Virus record (IMG/VR): IMGVR_UViG_3300002835_000042
Direction: 5' to 3' (one strand)
Length of the DNA: 64,000 nt
Source of the DNA: an uncultured virus (IMG/VR IMGVR_UViG_3300002835_000042)
Taxonomy: Duplodnaviria > Heunggongvirae > Uroviricota > Caudoviricetes
Positions 59,701 to 64,000 of this stretch are shown piece by piece (within the stretch, counting starts at the first letter, position 1; every line of letters begins with the position of its first letter). The position numbers were made by a program, and so were the translations under genes. The notes below the pieces were generated by a model that saw nothing but the letters and a program-made list of their open reading frames with translations, was not told where the DNA came from and did no database searches.

Positions 59701-61009
59701 CAAAAATATAAATGTTTCTGGAGGTTCTGGTGGAATAGCGGTAATGCTAAACCCAACAACTAATGTTGGTTATTATTTTGAAATCGCAGCATTGGGACTT
59801 GGAAAGTTGTCAAAAACAGAAAAAGAAAGTGTTAGCAACGTATTTTTTTATAAAGTAGAGTCTGAAAATGGAAAAGCCATTCCAGTAAAACTGTGGGAAG
59901 GCTTAGGAGAGATTACAGTAGATGACGGAAGATTTACTGGACAGTCAAGAAGTTTTGCTGAGGAAAATCCAACGGTATATGACTTGGCAGTAGAATACGA
60001 AGACATAGGAAAAACAAGAAGGTTTTATCTATATCTAAATGGGAGTCTTTTAGTGTCCGTAGATGACCAAAATCCTTTGCCAGCCTATTCTAATATTGCA
60101 TTATTTACAAGAGGATCTTCTAGAGCAATGTTTGAAAACGTGTATGCACTATGCAATAACTATTCTCAGAATACATCGTTTTCTTTAGGTGCCCCAGTAA
60201 ACTCTGCCTTTGGAGATATTGAAATTGATGCAAATGAATCTTTTAGAAAATATTCTATTAGTGGTTTGATACAAAACACCTATCTTACTGGCATTGGTTC
60301 TTCTGAGCCACCAAAGTATGATATTTATTTTGAGGAGTTTGGAAGTATTATGAGAGAAGCAGCCGTATTTAATTTTAAATATGACAAAGCATATCCAGCC
60401 CTTAGCGCTAAAATCTCTCCAACATTTAACAAGATGAAGAGTTATGTTGTTTCTGGGTTTAGGGCAGGATCGTATGGAGCAGAGTTTCTTATATTCAACA
60501 CAACAGATGCTCCAATTACTTTGGATGAAACAAGTGGCAACTATTTAAGAATTCAAGGAATTACTTTTACTCAGCAGTCTGAAAATAATCTTACGGTAGA
60601 TGAATATTTTAATAAAAATACTCTTGTCTCTAATCCACAGTTTATTGCGGATAGGCTAATTTCTAATCCATATAAATTCAAACAAGACTATCAAGATATT
60701 AAACTTAGTAGAATGACACATGGTAAGCGAGACTTTGCTTTAGAAACTGTCTATATTCAGTCACAAGATGAGGCTTCTAGTTTGATGAAATGGCTTGTTG
60801 AAAAAGTCACAAAGCCAAGAAGATCCATAGGAGTTAAAATATTTTCAATACCAACAATTCAACTTGGAGATATTGTTAGTGTAGACTATAAAGAAAACAA
60901 TATAAGCATGGCATCAGATCCAAACAACAGGTTTGTTGTATATAATATTGAATTTTCAAGAAGTTCAGATGGACCAGAAATGACTTTATTTTTAAGTGAG
61001 GTGGCCTAA
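56720..61009 (+). CDS. Large tail tip / hub protein
   Basis: 1429 aa after the Dit-like gene; S..EVL..LA...FFDEY and P.IQLGDIV hub motifs. Confidence 0.7.
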   Translation: MFEDKDLQTFLETSPTVRNKSVVIAEWNMNIPTNIKHIGNYRYRPTQASTVYSSLPTSFDINDAGNFYTDATDADVLVDGTFDNNDIPTTFLTKKEKLKTLYSLEECFNQFRPRSGINKAVFFENGKLHHPNLFMADRPRYYMPDKNDLFKYWTSYRTESGQEYGVASKVRGSQYDIEDACPFVVYKEQIPTNRIVVKMQTHTGTENLGPFSSSTGSFLDPFFGELNQKVPSKWKIQFLKDNNWQDVMSFDPSKRRKDGSAIIQSDGYVEIAYGLIVPDEWRSNFVFAEIYSSISLLPNKSVTGYAYLIKENENDMGEFHIWNGTDYTIIKPKYGWYVQDETVDRLTNFVTDATSPDVFVRSLDGKKQYREFEFISGIRIVVETMNVKDSTFDLIEISPRLVMNISDKTLDYSINKSASDLGLSGLPVGQLVASNGTVNIFDYDQAFNENNSSSIISKYINRHIQFKFYEVIVDVDGWDYWVPMKTLYSDSFPKADIENKRVSITLRDLYWYLESITAPQILMTEVSVSSAVSLLLDYIGFSNYTFKRVENEKEIIIPYFFVGPDKSVAEVLEDLAVSTQTAMFFDEYNNFVMMSKNYIMPTIAQRPTTFALKGTNDLFEDKEIKNKTLTNSKLANIISVSAQANNVYNDGVINYTTRHIQRSIGSLRQASLLDDERFYIYKPVLLWEVSGSENTKSLNNEIGTQSSYLLSAIPLNADLSADVPIVKNNIVINNTFSLGEASYWIGRYNGYFYSQGEIIKYDAVQYNVTGFGNVWITSIEDYQDYFAKLPFNGKIYPTGLVRIYSEPKYFEQEGIVKLQNGPVVKHGRGQFGTEVVAHSAGISDYWKSDDNIKGCYMASEYLFDNKELPTTTVATAGKVTDTGSSSDALAKTSSRTGLIKNFLSTTLTGEIGTATQQQPGSIQSSALSLTGPNFTTKEKPRNFLSYVHKSLENKKYKHFGTRMRIVGKIENNQDRGQTSNGSSTYFVVNGSTPDKNINVSGGSGGIAVMLNPTTNVGYYFEIAALGLGKLSKTEKESVSNVFFYKVESENGKAIPVKLWEGLGEITVDDGRFTGQSRSFAEENPTVYDLAVEYEDIGKTRRFYLYLNGSLLVSVDDQNPLPAYSNIALFTRGSSRAMFENVYALCNNYSQNTSFSLGAPVNSAFGDIEIDANESFRKYSISGLIQNTYLTGIGSSEPPKYDIYFEEFGSIMREAAVFNFKYDKAYPALSAKISPTFNKMKSYVVSGFRAGSYGAEFLIFNTTDAPITLDETSGNYLRIQGITFTQQSENNLTVDEYFNKNTLVSNPQFIADRLISNPYKFKQDYQDIKLSRMTHGKRDFALETVYIQSQDEASSLMKWLVEKVTKPRRSIGVKIFSIPTIQLGDIVSVDYKENNISMASDPNNRFVVYNIEFSRSSDGPEMTLFLSEVA

Positions 61010-61578
61010 TGGAAGTAGAAGGACTTAAGTATCCGACATATCTTTCTGCCGTGGCTGCAATTCCTGAAGCATCCAAAAAAGAAACTGATGATTCGGTAAA
61101 AGTTGCAACGCTAGATTTAATATTAGAACAAGAAGACACAATGTCTATTGAAATAATGACAGACTTAATTTTTGAAGACATTGGTGGATACGAACTTGCA
61201 ACAATATCAAGACATGATTTGGTTAATGGGCAAAAAGTAATATATGCTCCAATTAAAAACCTTACAGACCTATATCTACAATACAATCCAAATAATGTTT
61301 TAAGGTTGCAATCGTCTGACTCCTACTTTAAATCTTTAGCCTTGTCTATTTTTAATCACCTTCCAGTGTGTGGCAATGGATACGACCTGGTTGGAACAGA
61401 TCCAGACCTAACAAAAAGAACAAAGGTGCCAAATTGCAAGTCAGTATACATAGACCCAATAACTGGAGATCTAGTAATTAATTTAATTAATGTCAAAGAG
61501 GGTGAGCAAGCAGAGGTCGAAGTATTGACCGCTGGCAACATTTTTGATGATACAATATACTATGGGAGCGTTCAATGA
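61009..61578 (+). CDS. Tail-associated hypothetical protein
   Basis: Translationally coupled ORF. Confidence 0.65.
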   Translation: MEVEGLKYPTYLSAVAAIPEASKKETDDSVKVATLDLILEQEDTMSIEIMTDLIFEDIGGYELATISRHDLVNGQKVIYAPIKNLTDLYLQYNPNNVLRLQSSDSYFKSLALSIFNHLPVCGNGYDLVGTDPDLTKRTKVPNCKSVYIDPITGDLVINLINVKEGEQAEVEVLTAGNIFDDTIYYGSVQ

Positions 61579-62768
61579 TAACTAATACAGGAAAAAATCT
61601 TTTAGCAAAATATCTGGTAGGTCAGACACCGTCTTACGCATCCCATATTGCAGTTGGATGTGGGACTACTCCAGTAGTTCCAGGTCACATATTTAATACA
61701 GAAGAAATAAACTCTATGAAAAATAAACAATCTTTAAATTTTGAAATGTTTCGTGTGCCGATTATTTCGAGGGGATTTGTAAATGAAGACGGATTATCAA
61801 AAGTAGTTCTTACAGCAGAAATGCCTACAGAAGAAAGGTATGAGATTACTGAGGTTGGAATATTTTCTGCAGGATCTAATCCAGTGGCTGGATCATTTGA
61901 TAGTCGAGTCATATATTCTTTTGCAGAGACAGATGGCTGGTTGTATAGTATTGATGGGGAATCTCCTTCTAATATTTTTTCACAGTATGGACCTTTAGAT
62001 GGAGACGCTGCAAATGGAGTTATAAATGTGGTTGATTCAAACAATCAAGAGTTAAAGGTTTTTTCTACAAATGCTGACAATAGAATTTTTACAAATGAAA
62101 ACAGAGTCGAAAGAAATGAAAGATGCAGATTTTTAAATAACATCGTTGCGATGAGGGGAGACACATCAACTCTCTCATACAACCCACAAGGAAGTATGGT
62201 TGGATTAACTGGATCAGACTATATTGTATTAGATCCAACTTCTGTAGATTTTACTAAAAACAGTCCATTAGATGAACTTAGACTTGCGTTCTCTGTTGTA
62301 AATCGGGTTCCTGGAACAAGCCTAGTGCCTGCAGCCGTTCCAGACAATGTAAAGATTTTGTTAGAGTTTTCTCACACTGGAACAGATGGAAATCTTCAGT
62401 ATGCAAAATTTGTTGTAGACATTGATGATACTAACTATGCACAAGGAACATCAGAAAATGAACACAACTTTGCAAATAATAGATATGTTGTAGTAAACAG
62501 AACCTTTCAAGAATTAGAAAAAACTTTAAGGTTTAAGTGGTCTGATGTTACAACAGCAAAAATTTATGCTTCTGTTAGAAAAGAAAATTTACTGTCAGAT
62601 TCTTTTTATGTTTGTTTAGATGCTTTAAGAATTGAAAATACAACCTCTACAAACTCTTTATATGGACTAACTGGATACTCTGTAATTAAAAATATTAATG
62701 CTAGGCCAGTAATTAAGTCATCTAATACAACCAACTACATAGAGTTTAGATTTGTTTTGGATGTTTAA
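61575..62768 (+). CDS. Tail structural protein
   Basis: MITNTGK...IAVG.G...ITEVGIFS motif of tail proteins. Confidence 0.7.
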   Translation: MITNTGKNLLAKYLVGQTPSYASHIAVGCGTTPVVPGHIFNTEEINSMKNKQSLNFEMFRVPIISRGFVNEDGLSKVVLTAEMPTEERYEITEVGIFSAGSNPVAGSFDSRVIYSFAETDGWLYSIDGESPSNIFSQYGPLDGDAANGVINVVDSNNQELKVFSTNADNRIFTNENRVERNERCRFLNNIVAMRGDTSTLSYNPQGSMVGLTGSDYIVLDPTSVDFTKNSPLDELRLAFSVVNRVPGTSLVPAAVPDNVKILLEFSHTGTDGNLQYAKFVVDIDDTNYAQGTSENEHNFANNRYVVVNRTFQELEKTLRFKWSDVTTAKIYASVRKENLLSDSFYVCLDALRIENTTSTNSLYGLTGYSVIKNINARPVIKSSNTTNYIEFRFVLDV

Positions 62769-62770
62769 AT

Positions 62771-63208
62771 ATGACAAATACACCAGATAAAGGGATCAAA
62801 AATGTGGTTGTTAAGAAAGAATTCCTAGGTAAAGTAACAGGGTCTAATGCAACCATTGTAAGATTTCGGCTAGTATCAGAAGACAAAAATAGAAAATCTC
62901 CATATTCTCAAATATTTGTCACAGAATCTGGAGAGGTATTTATAGGTATTGGAGATATAAATGTTGTGGGAAATACTGTATTTGTGAACTGGTCATCTGG
63001 AGATGTTTCTACACAAATAATGTATGATGTTTTTGTAGGGTTTGATTCTTCTGCGCCAGCATTTAGAGCAACAACTGGATCAACTAACTACTCGTTCTTA
63101 AAAACTGGAACAACCTCTGTTAGAGTCAGAGTTCAAGTATCTTCAATAAATCCAGCATTAAATGAAGACTTAAAGATTTACGACTCTGGAACGATTCCTC
63201 TGGTATAA
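62771..63208 (+). CDS. Tail-associated Ig/FN3-like protein
   Basis: V.W...YDVFV pattern. Confidence 0.55.
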   Translation: MTNTPDKGIKNVVVKKEFLGKVTGSNATIVRFRLVSEDKNRKSPYSQIFVTESGEVFIGIGDINVVGNTVFVNWSSGDVSTQIMYDVFVGFDSSAPAFRATTGSTNYSFLKTGTTSVRVRVQVSSINPALNEDLKIYDSGTIPLV

Positions 63209-63215
63209 TTATATT

Positions 63216-63659
63216 ATGGCAATCTTACCATTACCCGAAAGAGGACAACCACTAGACGTAACCTATCTTTACCAGATAGTTAAGGCTGTTAATGATCTTT
63301 CAACACAAGCATCAACATCTATATATAAGTATGTAACTGTAGACACACCTAATGCAGGAAAGCAAAGCGTTAAAACCTCAGAAGCAAGAATTATTGGAGG
63401 GTATGTTCAGGTAACATCTAGTTCTTCACAAACTGCTGGTTCCTCTCAACCTTTTACTTATAATTTCCCAAGCGAATTTAAATTTGCCCCAATTGTTACT
63501 GCAACCCCAATAAACATTGGAAATACTGATGCTGGAAAAGATGTTACAGTAACTTTATCAGCCATTACAACATCTGGAATTGCTGGAACAGTAAAGTTTA
63601 ATGTTGGCGGAGATACTTCTATAGGAGTTAATCTAATAATAGTTGGAATTCCTAACTGA
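63216..63659 (+). CDS. Small tail-tip protein (H-type-lectin-like C-terminus)
   Basis: F..APIVTAT...IT.SG...VNLI.VG. Confidence 0.55.
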   Translation: MAILPLPERGQPLDVTYLYQIVKAVNDLSTQASTSIYKYVTVDTPNAGKQSVKTSEARIIGGYVQVTSSSSQTAGSSQPFTYNFPSEFKFAPIVTATPINIGNTDAGKDVTVTLSAITTSGIAGTVKFNVGGDTSIGVNLIIVGIPN

Positions 63660-63850
63660 TGATTTTTTGTAAAAGATGTAAAGGTAGAATGTTTCTTGAT
63701 CGACAATATTCAGAAATCAATAATCTAGAAATGTATTGCATGTCTTGTGGAGCAAGAGCATTTTTCCATCCACCTAGTAATTCTCAGGAGGGCAAGTGGC
63801 TATTAAAAAGGGAACAATTGAGAGCGAAGGCTACAATGTCCTCCCTGTAA
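63659..63850 (+). CDS. Zinc-ribbon protein
   Basis: CKRCKGRMF.D...CMSCG. Confidence 0.7.
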   Translation: MIFCKRCKGRMFLDRQYSEINNLEMYCMSCGARAFFHPPSNSQEGKWLLKREQLRAKATMSSL

Positions 63851-64000
63851 TCCCAGGGAATAAAAAGGTTTGGTTCTTAAACGGAGACTTAGTAAGGATA
63901 CATCATCTTAACAAGTCTAATGGAATAATGTCTGTTTATAATATAACAAAAGATCAAATTGAAAGTTGTTTAATTAGTGATTTTAAAAATAAAAGAGAGC
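63796..64000 (+). CDS. Hypothetical protein, truncated by the window end (MAIKKGTIESEGYNVLPVIPGNKKVWFLNGDLVRIHH...)
   Basis: GTG with GGAGGG RBS; frame open to the end. Confidence 0.55.
   Translation, partial: MAIKKGTIESEGYNVLPVIPGNKKVWFLNGDLVRIHHLNKSNGIMSVYNITKDQIESCLISDFKNKRE

Overview
A 64-kb slice of a large, AT-rich tailed dsDNA phage with a non-contractile (siphovirus-type) tail. The host is most likely a low-GC actinobacterium; this is inferred from an actinobacterial-like IscA, an 'LKPNSGSSLRDAV' membrane protein and pervasive leaderless promoters. Layout: (i) 1-5490, early/host-takeover region of tiny, partly paralogous genes transcribed divergently from about 4800, built from repeated regulatory modules (CGACACGCC box abutting a sigma-70-type promoter, CRP-like palindrome, paired DnaA boxes, terminal CCGG); (ii) 5.6-8.1 kb, IscA, Cys-rich peptides, a DHH-like enzyme, an AT-rich palindrome and a candidate sRNA; (iii) 8.1-32 kb, fibre/adaptor genes including two proteins with long Pro-rich repeats, (VTP)n and a Pro/Phe polymer, that end in the same 8-Cys cap, each followed by a cluster of 2OG-Fe(II) oxygenases (11 in total, plus two DUF6065-like genes and an SDR); (iv) class II ribonucleotide reductase; (v) 34-64 kb, portal, protease, capsid, neck, tail tube, duplicated tail chaperones, a 2921-aa tape measure with an embedded kinase-like domain, Cys repeats and LysM, and tail-tip genes. 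Best candidates for undescribed systems: the Pro-rich virion protein plus hydroxylase arrays, the early cassettes carrying host-regulator boxes, and the kinase inside the tape measure. All calls are by-eye motif recognition; no searches or counts were run by computer.
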